Below are positions 39,275-49,226 of a DNA stretch of 64,000 nucleotides, in pieces. A program made the position numbers and the translations under genes. The stretch spans positions 32,001 to 96,000 of the IMG/VR virus record IMGVR_UViG_3300029267_002377. The stretch is one strand, 5' to 3'. Every line of letters begins with the position of its first letter. The stretch's first letter is position 1. Source of the stretch: a virus. The notes below the pieces were generated by a model that was not told the origin of the DNA, made no database searches, and saw only the letters and a program-made list of their open reading frames with translations.

Positions 39275-39877
39275 GTGGCTGACGAAGAACTGTGGGACCG
39301 AATAGATGAGATCCTAGACGACTCAGAAGAGTTTTGGTCAATAGACGTTTCTGACGAACTCATTGCAGCGTTAACTCTGGCTTACTTAGACGGGCTAGAA
39401 GGGGCAGCAGAGTACATCGGAGAGCTGGCTGGGGTAGCAATTGAGTTGGCTTTTGACCTGGTAGATCCTGTTGCTCTGGAATTTATTCAAGACAGAGCAG
39501 CAGAGATGGTTCGAAACGTCAACAGAGGAACCAAACACTACCTCCGCACTATGATCTACAACGGTCTCCAAGAAGGGATCCCCGAACAAGACCTGATAGA
39601 CGGAATTTTTAAAAATTTATTCGAGCAGAGCGAGTTTAGTGAGCAAAGGATCCGCTCGATCACTCGGTTTGAAATTGCTCGTGCCCAGTCTTCTGCTTGG
39701 GAAAAGCAGATGGACGAAGTCGGCCTTGAAACAAAGCGATGGGTGACCATTGGAGCGGACGCATGTGAGGTCTGTAAGGCTAATGAGGCGATGGGTCCCC
39801 AGCCGGTTAACTCGAAGACCTTTGATAACGTTTTTGGAGAAAAGTGTGGTGGGCCGCCAGCTCACCCGAACGTCTGA
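39275..39877 (+). CDS. MuF/SPP1 gp7-like head morphogenesis protein (in-frame TGA inside the HPNxCRC motif)
   Basis: RI..ITRFE.ARA, KRWVT..DAC.VC..N, PPAHPN; continues in frame as *RCHL into 39887-40666. Confidence 0.85.
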   Translation: MADEELWDRIDEILDDSEEFWSIDVSDELIAALTLAYLDGLEGAAEYIGELAGVAIELAFDLVDPVALEFIQDRAAEMVRNVNRGTKHYLRTMIYNGLQEGIPEQDLIDGIFKNLFEQSEFSEQRIRSITRFEIARAQSSAWEKQMDEVGLETKRWVTIGADACEVCKANEAMGPQPVNSKTFDNVFGEKCGGPPAHPNV

Positions 39878-39886
39878 AGGTGCCAC

Positions 39887-40666
39887 TTGGCAGCGACTCC
39901 GTCGGAGATCGCAGGGTTAGGAAAAGAGATTGAATTCTACGTAGGCAAGTCAGAGGTTGAGAAAGGCGGGCCTGGAAGTGGTCATTGGGGTCACAAAGGG
40001 CGCAAGGGCAGGAGAGGGGGAAGTGCTCCCAGTAAGGCGCCCGCTGTTGTGGGAAAGGTTAGTACTGTTGATTGGACTGATGACAACTATAGGAGTAAGT
40101 TTGAGGAGGCTACTGGTGGGCACCGTGTGGGTTCGCGTGTTACAAAGAACCAAGCTACTGAGATAGCATACAGTCTGCAAGGGATGCCTCAACCCGATAC
40201 TGAGGTTACTTTTATCACAACAAAAACCCAAGAAGAATTCGATCGCGTATATGGAGGTTCGGCTAGGGGTTGCGCTGGATTTTACAGGGTGTACACAGAT
40301 GAAATTGTTTTTGGGCCGCAAACATCTGCTAACCTAGACACACCTCAGGGGTTTGCCAGTTATGGCACAGTTTGGCATGAGTGGGGACATGCGCTGGATT
40401 ACACACTGAGTGAAACGAAGGGAGTGGCTAAGTCATCCAAGGTGATTCGGGCAAAAGATAATCCGTACGACCGAGCCTGGCTTTTTGATCGGTTTCCTAC
40501 GAACTATGCAAAGAAAACAGAGCGGGAATTCTTTGCAGAGAGTATAGAATGTGTGAAAAGGTACTCGAATAAAAGGGAAGTGGGTTTCTATAAGCATTAT
40601 TTTCCGGAATCACATGAGATGGTGGGAGCTGTCCTTGGTGATAGAATGCCGGAGGAGTGGAAGTGA
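39887..40666 (+). CDS. GGPGSG motif + zincin metallopeptidase; probable C-terminal extension of MuF
   Basis: HEWGH...TNYA...EFFAES; same frame as MuF; no clear RBS before the TTG. Confidence 0.75.
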   Translation: MAATPSEIAGLGKEIEFYVGKSEVEKGGPGSGHWGHKGRKGRRGGSAPSKAPAVVGKVSTVDWTDDNYRSKFEEATGGHRVGSRVTKNQATEIAYSLQGMPQPDTEVTFITTKTQEEFDRVYGGSARGCAGFYRVYTDEIVFGPQTSANLDTPQGFASYGTVWHEWGHALDYTLSETKGVAKSSKVIRAKDNPYDRAWLFDRFPTNYAKKTEREFFAESIECVKRYSNKREVGFYKHYFPESHEMVGAVLGDRMPEEWK

Positions 40667-40908
40667 AGGTATATAGACTAGATGGTGAATATGCTGCAAC
40701 TGTGGATATCGCCCCAGATCAGGTTGTGGTAACTGGTCCTTTTGAGGAGGATGTAACTGAGATTATCAATACATCCCGCGAGGTTACTTCTGAGGTTTTG
40801 GAGTCTGAGGAGGGGCTAGGGGATAATATGTTGTGGTTGGAGGGGGGCTCTCTGGAGAACGCTGAGGAGTTTTTGCAGAATCCTGGCAGGTGGGGGTATA
40901 AGGTGTGA
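40657..40908 (+). CDS. small acidic hypothetical protein coupled to the peptidase gene
   Basis: GGAGGAG RBS; overlapping stop/start. Confidence 0.65.
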   Translation: MEVKVYRLDGEYAATVDIAPDQVVVTGPFEEDVTEIINTSREVTSEVLESEEGLGDNMLWLEGGSLENAEEFLQNPGRWGYKV

Positions 40909-40910
40909 TT

Positions 40911-40938
40911 TTGATTTCTCCCTCTTCTATGTTACAAT
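40911..40938 (+). promoter_or_regulatory. putative promoter of head genes
   Basis: TTGATT-16 nt-TACAAT with extended TG; resembles 53880-53907. Confidence 0.5.
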
Positions 40939-41079
40939 AAAGAGGAAAATGATATAATTCTTGAGGCCAAGGCAGTAAGCCAACTGGAGCCCAACTGGAA
41001 AGGTCAGAAGACCTGGAAAGTTGGGTTTTGTTTTGTGTTAATGACATTTTAATATATTGTCTCAATAAGGAATATAATT

Positions 41080-43221
41080 ATGCCAGATATTAGTCTCTAC
41101 TTTACCAAAGCTTCTTTGCACGACGACGGCACCATGCACTGGGCTGCTACTGTTTCAGATACAGGAGAAGACAACCACAAAGAGCGAGTGGACCGAGCTT
41201 TTTTCGACAATGCTGTTGCTCATGCCGAAGAAATGGATATGATGCCGTATGCTTGTGTTTCGCATTATGACTTCGCCGGTAAGGGAATTCCTGACGAAGA
41301 TTGGATAGCTGGGCCTTCCACTGTGATTTACCCGGATGGCGAGAAGTTCAAAGCAAAAGGTACTTTCTGGCCGACTGAACTGGGTAAGGCGGCCTTTACC
41401 GCAGTTCAGGAGGATATTAAAAACGATGTTCCGCATGATGAGAGAGTCCGTATTTCGATGGGCTTCTATGATAGAACCAAGGAAGAGGAAAAGTCAGAGG
41501 CTACCGAGAAAGGCTCTCGGCGTGTTTATAGAGATGGGATTATCAAACATTTTGCATTAACTCGAGTTCCTGTTCTACCGCGGACAGAGATCGAGGCCTG
41601 GAAGGAGAAAAGTATGGTTACAAAGAAAGAAGACGCTGCTTCGATCGTTGGCGATGAGTGGGCTGAGAAGTTAGAGCAATATTCCAGTCAAGTCGGCAAG
41701 TCTGAGGCAGGAGAGGAGGGGCTAGTCTTTAAGGGTGAGGATGTTGAGAAGGCAAAGCGCAAGAAGGTGGATAAAGACTTTGAGTACGAAAAGGAGGAAC
41801 CTGGCAAGGAGACAATGGCCGAGGAAATGTGGACAGAGACTCCGGAGGAAGCCGAGGTTCCCGGACTAGATCAAGAAGCTAAGAAAGAGAATGAGGAAGA
41901 GCTTAAGAAACGAAAGAAACAGAAGTCCGAAGTGGAAAAGGCCCGGGGAGAGGGACAAGGAGTAGGTGGTCCAAAGCAAGGCGACGGTGGACCTGCTGAA
42001 TGCGTTTGCCCAGAGTGCGGAGCCACAGCTCCTCACGAAGCAGGAACTCCTTGTACGAGTGTCACCTGCCCTGAGTGCGGTGCTAAGATGAGTGGAGTTG
42101 AAAAAGCTGAACTCATCGAGCTGATGATAAAGGAAGAGGATGGGGAGGTTGTCCTTTATTCAAGTAAGGGGGACAAAGTCCTAGGTAGGTTTCCTTATGG
42201 TAAGGGCAAAAAATATAAAGATAAAAAGGCCGCCCGAGCAGCTGCACACAAACAAGAGGGAGTGGTCCAAGCCATTAAGGCTGGGAAATTCCGAGGCAAA
42301 AAGTCCGAAGCTGAGGACGGGGCGCCTAGTTTGGATGAAGCTGTGGTTGAGGAGGCTGAGGAACAATCTGAGGCAGTTGAGAAAGCAGGCCGCAAGGTTT
42401 CAGACGCTCGTCTAAAGGCTTTCGAGGATATGCAACGGCGTCTGAGTGAGCTGGGCGGGATGGTTACTTCACTGAACGAGGATATGGAAACTTGGTACAA
42501 AGACGCTCAGTACACCCCAGAAGCAGTTGTCGGTACAAGCACGGAAATGCAACCACTTCCTGAGAACCCAGCTATTTCGATTTTAGAAGAAACTCCAGCC
42601 ACTGGAGGAGAAGTTATGGCAGCAGATTTTGATGATAACATGACAAGGTTCGCAGAAGGCGTCTACAACGCAGTTACTGAAGGTGATTTGTCAGTGGCAC
42701 AAGACGCGTTAAATCAGATCGCAGAAGCAATTAAATCGGAGATTACATCTATGGCAGAAGTCGGCGGTTCGGAAGCCGAGCCTGAGGAACGTGTTAAGGC
42801 TGAAGGAGTAGAGCCACCTGCCACCACACCTCTAGATGTTTTCAATATAAAGGTCAAAAGTGTGCTCGGGAGCGAGGAGCTAGACCGGAGGGGCAAGTTA
42901 CAAGCCTGTCAGGAAGCGCTCGGAGATTTGGGGAATTGGATGCAGCAATCAGTCATCCAAGAGACCCCACCTTCAATGGGCGACATCCGGGAGGTTATTG
43001 TAGCTGCAGTAAATGAGGGCACAAGGCCGCTAGTGCAAGAGAATGCAACCTTGAAGGCGGAACTGGAGGATCTGAGAAACCAAATCAGCAAACCGGTAGC
43101 TGAGGCGGCGCCAATCAGGAAATCTATGTACCGCTCGAGTGGTCCTGCTCCAGAACCGAAGGAAAGCTACTCTGCCAAAGAGATCGCACGGATGACCACA
43201 CCACCTGGTGTAATATACTAG
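41080..43221 (+). CDS. prohead protease/scaffold fusion
   Basis: N-terminal SD.GED..KE, SH, ISMGF, FALTRVP protease-like domain; long acidic coiled-coil; directly before the capsid gene. Confidence 0.75.
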   Translation: MPDISLYFTKASLHDDGTMHWAATVSDTGEDNHKERVDRAFFDNAVAHAEEMDMMPYACVSHYDFAGKGIPDEDWIAGPSTVIYPDGEKFKAKGTFWPTELGKAAFTAVQEDIKNDVPHDERVRISMGFYDRTKEEEKSEATEKGSRRVYRDGIIKHFALTRVPVLPRTEIEAWKEKSMVTKKEDAASIVGDEWAEKLEQYSSQVGKSEAGEEGLVFKGEDVEKAKRKKVDKDFEYEKEEPGKETMAEEMWTETPEEAEVPGLDQEAKKENEEELKKRKKQKSEVEKARGEGQGVGGPKQGDGGPAECVCPECGATAPHEAGTPCTSVTCPECGAKMSGVEKAELIELMIKEEDGEVVLYSSKGDKVLGRFPYGKGKKYKDKKAARAAAHKQEGVVQAIKAGKFRGKKSEAEDGAPSLDEAVVEEAEEQSEAVEKAGRKVSDARLKAFEDMQRRLSELGGMVTSLNEDMETWYKDAQYTPEAVVGTSTEMQPLPENPAISILEETPATGGEVMAADFDDNMTRFAEGVYNAVTEGDLSVAQDALNQIAEAIKSEITSMAEVGGSEAEPEERVKAEGVEPPATTPLDVFNIKVKSVLGSEELDRRGKLQACQEALGDLGNWMQQSVIQETPPSMGDIREVIVAAVNEGTRPLVQENATLKAELEDLRNQISKPVAEAAPIRKSMYRSSGPAPEPKESYSAKEIARMTTPPGVIY

Positions 43222-43258
43222 GTGGAAACACTTTAAAAACTAAATAAGGAGGTGCAAC

Positions 43259-44856
43259 GTGGAACTCTTGGTTCCTACGATTACCGATATCGTGACCAAG
43301 AGTGCCGCCGACATCGCAGGTCGTCGTGAACCTGCCGAAGGTCCGAACATCGAGGACATTGTTGCTAGGGCCGTGTTACAGGTGCGAGAGGCTAAGGGCG
43401 GCGAGGACTTGACCATGACCGAGATGCAGCAGGTTGCTCAGTCTGTTTATGAGAACCTGAACCAGCCGGAGCCGGAAGGCGATCCCGCTGTGGAAGTCAT
43501 CAAGGGAATGGTTGAGAAGACCCAAACCGACCCAAATATCCTGCCTCAGCCCTATACGCAGCCCGCAGACTTCTCTAACCAGTATCCTCAGCCTCTAGAT
43601 CCGACTGAGGTTTTGGACATGTGTGAGGAGATCACAGTCTGGAAGACGTTGCCTGAAGTGGTGACCGATTACAACTCAGATAGCTGGCGAGAGATGACCA
43701 GCCTGAGCTTCGACACCACGGGGGAGGCGTCCCATGGCTTCTTCACTAAAGGAGCTTGTCCGGACGAGACCACGCATGAGGGTGAGACGACTACAATTGC
43801 CCGCAAGTACATCGGCAGTTATGAGTCTATCACCTACGAGGACTTACGTCACTCGATAGCAGTCGCACGCGCGCAGGGATTGGGGATCAGCCGACTTTCT
43901 CTAGACTCTGGAATCGAAACAGTGATCGGAGTCAAAGAGAAGATGATGAAACTCCAGGAAGTGACTGTGCTGAACAAGTGGGACCTCGCCCTGGTCAAGG
44001 GAGCAATCGCTACAGTTGCGAACGCTTTCGACGGGATCGAGACCCAAGTCACATCTGCAAACGGTGCGCGGACCAACAGCAACCCGACCGGGACCTATGA
44101 CGAGGAAGAGTTCGACAACTTCCTCGCTGCTGGGTGTGCAAGACCCACCCACATCTTCGGTCACCCCAAAGCTCTCCGAGCCATCGCTATCGGCTACCTG
44201 AGCTTGGGCGCCACCGGAGGGACACAGCCCGTCCAAATGATCCAGATCAACCAGGACCGCGGAGGCATCGTGGCTGGCTTCACGCTAGCTCCGAGAATCC
44301 AGACGTTCGTAGGAGAGTTGATCCTGGTTCCGGACTTCCGGTTCACTGCCACGACGACGGGGGCAGATATATTTAGCTCGACGGTGTATCCATTAAGAGT
44401 TTATCATAATGGAGAACCTATTGTGTATAAGAGTACACAAACACCATTAAGTTATGTAGATCTGCCAAGAGGCTGTACAGCTTTTGCCTTTGAAATCTAC
44501 GCGGTGACTGCACTAGTGATAAACGCTTTGTCACTTAACTCCGTGAATTCGGCGAAACTCCCACTGGGACAACGCCGAGCCAAGCCAGAAGGGAAACTTT
44601 TTGGTGGGTGTAGAGACTAGGAGTGCGCCTGAACCGAGAGGTATGGCAATAATTCTCCCACGAGCGCGGGGCGTTCAGAAATGAGCGAAGACATAGTCCG
44701 AGCTTACTGGTAACAGTAAGAAATAGAGGGTTAAACACCTTTATGATAACAAAGATATTTAGAAAGCATATGTGTGCGCAAGCCGCCTACACGGCAAGCT
44801 TTGCAGGTCACCTTGGCACCGGCTGCAGCATCGTCGGGGGCACTTCATTCACCTAG
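43259..44856 (+). CDS. major capsid protein, spliced (exons 43259-44520 and 44763-44856; 451 aa)
   Basis: AGGAGGT RBS, ALVKG...AFDGI motif, head-module position. Splicing restores ...TALVI-KHMCAQAAY...TSFT*. Confidence 0.85.
44521..44762 (+). mobile_element. group I self-splicing intron without ORF (242 nt)
   Basis: P1 AGTGAT/GTCACT with U-G at the splice site; P10 GCTTT/AAAGC; P GAATTCGGCGAAAC, Q AACGCCGAGC, R GTAGAGACTA, S AAGACATAGTCC; terminal G. Confidence 0.92.
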
Positions 44857-44897
44857 AGGTTAAGATTCTAATCGTCTTTAGGACGTGTCGCAATATC

Positions 44898-44928
44898 AAG
44901 GGGAGATTCAGTTAATGAATCTCCCCTT
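44898..44928. terminator. hairpin between convergent genes
   Basis: 13-bp stem AAGGGGAGATTCA/TGAATCTCCCCTT. Confidence 0.6.
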
Positions 44929-45829
44929 CTACTTTATCTTCCATGTATAGAGATAATGCTAGTTCCCATTGATCCGGGAGGCATGTCGTCTTGGAGTGAC
45001 AGTTTCTACACAATGCTATCAAGTTTTGGGGGTCATTATTTTCTTTGTCTCCATCTATGTGGTGAACGGATAATGCTTCTCCGTTCTCTTCCTCAGTCTT
45101 TCCGCACATCTGGCAGGTTTGATCTCTCTGACGGATCTGAAATTTCAATCTCTCATCGAATTCCCCACCATACTCGCTGTCTAGACAGGAACCATCTCTG
45201 TACCAGTGGTGCTCTTCTCCTGATACGACTTCTCTGGACTCGTAAAATTTTTCTTTTCTTTCTGGGTCCTGGATAAATTTTCTATGACCCGCCCGTAACT
45301 TTTGTACTTTCTCGGGCTGCTCCTCGAACACTTTCTTATGTATCCCGCTCAGTTTCTCTCTGAACTCTGGATCTTTGTATCTTTCTTCATTCCTTCTTTT
45401 AGCTGCACAACTTCTGCATCGAGGACTTGTTGGGGATAGTTTCTCTCCTTCACAATCTGGGCAGATGTAGTCCTTTGGTTTATACTTGTTGGGACGCTTG
45501 GATCGTATATACTTAGCGTGTTTCGAGTACTCGGGAGAATTTTGATATACTTCATAGCAGGTTTTGCATCTTTCTCCCTGGCACGGCTCCCCGCAGTCCT
45601 TACAGAACTTTTGGTTTCTTTTTACTCCGGTTCTGCGGGCACGTGATATAGCAGATCCAGATTTCCTGCTGGAATGTTTACTAACTGTTCGTGCATGTGG
45701 AAACTGCAGTTTGAAGGCACTCATTGTCATTTGGTGCCTAAACTTTAGATGTTTCCAAGTGATTCTGGACATTTGCTCACCACAGATTGGACATACTACA
45801 TAATCGGTTTCTTCGTTTTTCATTCTCAA
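44912..45829 (-). CDS. free-standing HNH homing endonuclease with zinc modules
   Basis: C-terminal RD..CQMCG...LSVHHIDGDKENN...NL.ALC..CH; N-terminal C2H2 and CxxC repeats. Confidence 0.88.
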   Translation of the reverse strand: MRMKNEETDYVVCPICGEQMSRITWKHLKFRHQMTMSAFKLQFPHARTVSKHSSRKSGSAISRARRTGVKRNQKFCKDCGEPCQGERCKTCYEVYQNSPEYSKHAKYIRSKRPNKYKPKDYICPDCEGEKLSPTSPRCRSCAAKRRNEERYKDPEFREKLSGIHKKVFEEQPEKVQKLRAGHRKFIQDPERKEKFYESREVVSGEEHHWYRDGSCLDSEYGGEFDERLKFQIRQRDQTCQMCGKTEEENGEALSVHHIDGDKENNDPQNLIALCRNCHSKTTCLPDQWELALSLYMEDKVEGEIH

Positions 45830-46689
45830 TCTTCCTCTGGCTTCTCAAATACCAGTACATATTCATGGGTTCTTATTAACCACCTGTTACCTTTTTCAAA
45901 GTTTCCGACTCGCATAGTTGCCTGAGTTCCAATGTGGTTGACCACAATCTCTTCTCTCAGTTTAAACCCCACCTCTTTGTGGAGTCTGGCTATATCATGG
46001 TTCATTGCCAGTAGTTCACCGTCTGTATTTCTATGAAGCCCCACAACCCAGCATGATAGAGATCCTGGGTTCATTACTCCAAAGCAACCAGTTATGACTT
46101 GGCGAAGGGCGGCCAAGAATTCATCGTATGTCTCCAGCATGGATAGATCCTGAAGTCCCCCTTTGTACTGCTCCAGGTTCCAGTAAGGTGGGCAAGTTAT
46201 TAAGAAATCTCCAAAGTTGTGGCCAACAAGCTCTAGACAATCTCTCGCATCACCTTCTATAATGTTTAGCCCTTCTGTTAAGTTTTTTACTCTTTCCGCT
46301 TCTTCATGGCGTAATTCAATGCCTGTATACTTGAGTCCGTGTTTTGCAGCTAGTACGGCTCTAGTTCCGCCACCTGCGAAAGGGTCAAAGCATATCCCTG
46401 ATTGAGGAGCAAAACAATTAAGGATCCAGACGCATAGTTGTGGGTTAAATATACTTTCTGTGTGTTTACCGCGATACCAACTTTTGCTTTGAGGATCGGG
46501 TTTCGATAGACATCCTCTTCTTGCCTGTCCTGTGTCTCCTATCTCTTTTTTCAATCTCCTATATAAAGGATCTTGATGGTCACAAGGCCAAACAGTCAGG
46601 GGCCAGATCCCAAAGCGTTCTTTGGCTGTTTTAAATATCTGGTTGTCCCAATCATCCTCCCACAAGTATGGCATCTCATACTTAGACAT
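45826..46689 (-). CDS. DNA amino-methyltransferase
   Basis: FDPFAGGGT and TCPPYW; likely ATG 46689 after AGGGGG. Confidence 0.85.
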   Translation of the reverse strand: MSKYEMPYLWEDDWDNQIFKTAKERFGIWPLTVWPCDHQDPLYRRLKKEIGDTGQARRGCLSKPDPQSKSWYRGKHTESIFNPQLCVWILNCFAPQSGICFDPFAGGGTRAVLAAKHGLKYTGIELRHEEAERVKNLTEGLNIIEGDARDCLELVGHNFGDFLITCPPYWNLEQYKGGLQDLSMLETYDEFLAALRQVITGCFGVMNPGSLSCWVVGLHRNTDGELLAMNHDIARLHKEVGFKLREEIVVNHIGTQATMRVGNFEKGNRWLIRTHEYVLVFEKPEED

Positions 46690-47059
46690 TTTCAATCCCC
46701 CTATAAAACAACAAACCCCACCAGCCTTTGTCAGCACAACGACATCCGTTGTAAGGTGGTGGGATTTGTTTGCTAATTATTTAGATGTCGTTTACGCTGA
46801 CACCTTTACTCTATCACACCTTCGCTACCTTGTCAATCCTGATCGTTTGAGTAGTCTTTTTTCGCTTTAGCTAACGCCCAGCCCGCCTGGAACATGGTGG
46901 GGGCCAGATCTTTGCAGGAGAATTCTTTGATTTTAAATAGATCCCAGGGTGATTCCATTGTTAGTATTTCTGGGTGTTTGGGAATAAGTAGAAGTATTCT
47001 TCTGCTCAGCTCATCGGCAGTGTCTATGTAAGTTTCTACACTCATCGGGGGCCTCCTTT

Positions 47060-47284
47060 CTAAGGTTTCCGCATCTCCATATCCCAATCTGGCTCCTCAA
47101 CTTCAATCCAAGGGTTCTCCTCTAACTGGTCTGTAATAATAGTCAGCAGCTCATATTTAGGCAGGAAACAGACCAGTTTTGGAGAGTAGAGCAAGTTATG
47201 CTTGGTACCTTGTACACAAACAAGCAAATCCCCGTGTATGCTCCGGATCTCCTCTAGTTGGTAGATCAGTTCTGAGGTTTTCAT
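47060..47284 (-). CDS. hypothetical protein, paralog of 31355-31573
   Basis: Shared N-terminus. Confidence 0.55.
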   Translation of the reverse strand: MKTSELIYQLEEIRSIHGDLLVCVQGTKHNLLYSPKLVCFLPKYELLTIITDQLEENPWIEVEEPDWDMEMRKP

Positions 47285-47753
47285 TCTGCCATGCTCATGA
47301 TTAAGTAGAGCATTTGGGTTACATCCTTGAGTATTTCCTCATCTCTACCCTCAGGACTCTTGGCGATCCTTTGGTCAAAGAATGCTACAGCTTTGTCAAT
47401 TCCGAGAGCTTCCGCGTAATCACGGTAAGTTCCCAATGTACTGGGGCTCCCGTCAGATAAGGTTCTCATTGTTTTCTCCTTTCTATTTCCTCCCTCCCTG
47501 GGATCCTCCTTTGCCTCCTCCCTTCCCGCCACCTGCCGGCTTAGAACCACCTTTTGGCTTTGTCCTGGTTTCTTTCCCATTTAAATCACCTCCATTCTCG
47601 TTATTTTTTGAATCCGCACCCAACCCCAGTCCGCCCAGCTCATACACTTTGGACAGGTCATCTCTTCCTTCTCCTCTTGGACTTTCGAATAGGTTTAGTA
47701 CATTTTGGCGCGGGCCTTTTCTTCTTCCCATCGGGTCCTTGGCTTTCCGGCCA

Positions 47754-47966
47754 TCACTTCCTCCAGAGATACAGATTACGAATTTGAATAATTAGATTTA
47801 CAGCGCAAGGTAGTAGTAGAGGCCATTGGTTATTGAGTATGTTGTATAGTATCCATACTGCTGTGGCTAGCATTGAGATTACTGGAGCCCACTTATGTTT
47901 GTTTCCATATAACCAAAAGCCAATGTTAGCGATGACAGTACCAGTAACAGATAGTGCCCAGCTCAT
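47754..47966 (-). CDS. small membrane protein
   Basis: Two or three hydrophobic helices; GGAGG RBS. Confidence 0.6.
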   Translation of the reverse strand: MSWALSVTGTVIANIGFWLYGNKHKWAPVISMLATAVWILYNILNNQWPLLLPCAVNLIIQIRNLYLWRK

Positions 47967-48670
47967 TATTTCCTCCAGCTCTTCGAGGAGTTCGGTTTTC
48001 TGGTACCTTGGTATCCTCTCAATTTATGCCGCCGATTATTCTTGGTGGTTTGGGTTGTTTTGGCTATCTTCCTCAACCGGCGGTTCTTGGCTTTCTTCTT
48101 CTTCCGCCGGATGATAGACTCGATAATCCACTGAGGCGTAGGTCCACAGGGATCGTTGTAAATGCTAACCTCTGCTATTTTCATTTTCGACCTCCTCTAG
48201 TATGAACGAGATTAGCTGAACAGAATAGTTTTGAGGATCGAGAGCTAATAAAGAAGTCAGCCGCTCTTTACTGTCTCCCTCACTCATTCCGTTCTGCCTA
48301 TAAAACTGATAGAGTCCATTAGCTATTTGGATTGGGCTTTTGAGATCCATATCTTCTTTTTGTACCTTGGGCAGTTAGGGTTAACACGCATATAATAAAT
48401 TCCACTCCTGGTTCGAACAGTTAGCGGTTCATCACAGACTGAGCACCTCACGTCTGATTCTCTACTCCTGCTCGGGACGGGAGGGCTGTCTCATCAGTGA
48501 AGTCTTCTCCGCAGTCAAGGCAGCGATGATTGCCATGGTTGTCGCTTGTGAACTGAGTGCTTTCACAGTGAGGGCATCGTTTTGAGTAGTAGTTTATAAA
48601 CTTGATGATCTCTTCTCGTTGTTCTAGACTAATAGCCATGCTAATCTCCTCAAAAAATTTTTAAAAATTC

Positions 48671-49087
48671 TTATACCGGCCAAATATACTCAATCTTGGG
48701 CTCCTCACTCCACCCAAACTGCCCGTACCACTCGGGGTCCTTAGCCAGCAGAGCAGCGCGGTGGCTGGAGTGAAAATCTTCATCTCCAAGCCAAGGTGGA
48801 TTGTACAACTGGTCGGGAAACTTTCCTATTGACTTGAGTATCTTTGAGTAACAGGTATCCTTGTATCCCCGGATCTTCCACCAAATGCAGATGGTAAGTC
48901 CATAGTCTATGAGCGCGCTACCATACCCCCTCCACATCTTCACTGCAGGATGATTCTGCCAACCCACAGTTGGGTCAGTGAGAGCAGTTAGGATGGATAG
49001 TACTTCCCTTCTCTGGTTGCCAAGTCTCTTATTATCAAGGCACCTGGCTGATTCGATGAAACTCGGGTAAGGTAAAAAAGTCTGCAT
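48671..49087 (-). CDS. pyrimidine-dimer glycosylase-like protein (MSMEG_6728 family)
   Basis: MQTFLPY..F..SA..LD.KRLG.QR.E...GW.NHPAV.MW.G...SH...L..KDP..Y. Confidence 0.88.
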   Translation of the reverse strand: MQTFLPYPSFIESARCLDNKRLGNQRREVLSILTALTDPTVGWQNHPAVKMWRGYGSALIDYGLTICIWWKIRGYKDTCYSKILKSIGKFPDQLYNPPWLGDEDFHSSHRAALLAKDPEWYGQFGWSEEPKIEYIWPV

Positions 49088-49226
49088 AGCTAGGATTGGC
49101 TTTTATTCCTCCGGCCAGTACGCCTCACTTTTTCAACTTTTTGGCGCTTCCTAAGCCGATCTCCCCTTCCAGATTCGTTCTGTGTGCTTCTTCGAACTCG
49201 TTGTTTTGACATTGTAACCTACTAAA

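Noticed and set aside
44521-44620. ORF-track capsid C-terminus (NALSLNSV...GCRD)
   Set aside because: This is intron sequence; the spliced product uses exon 44763-44856.
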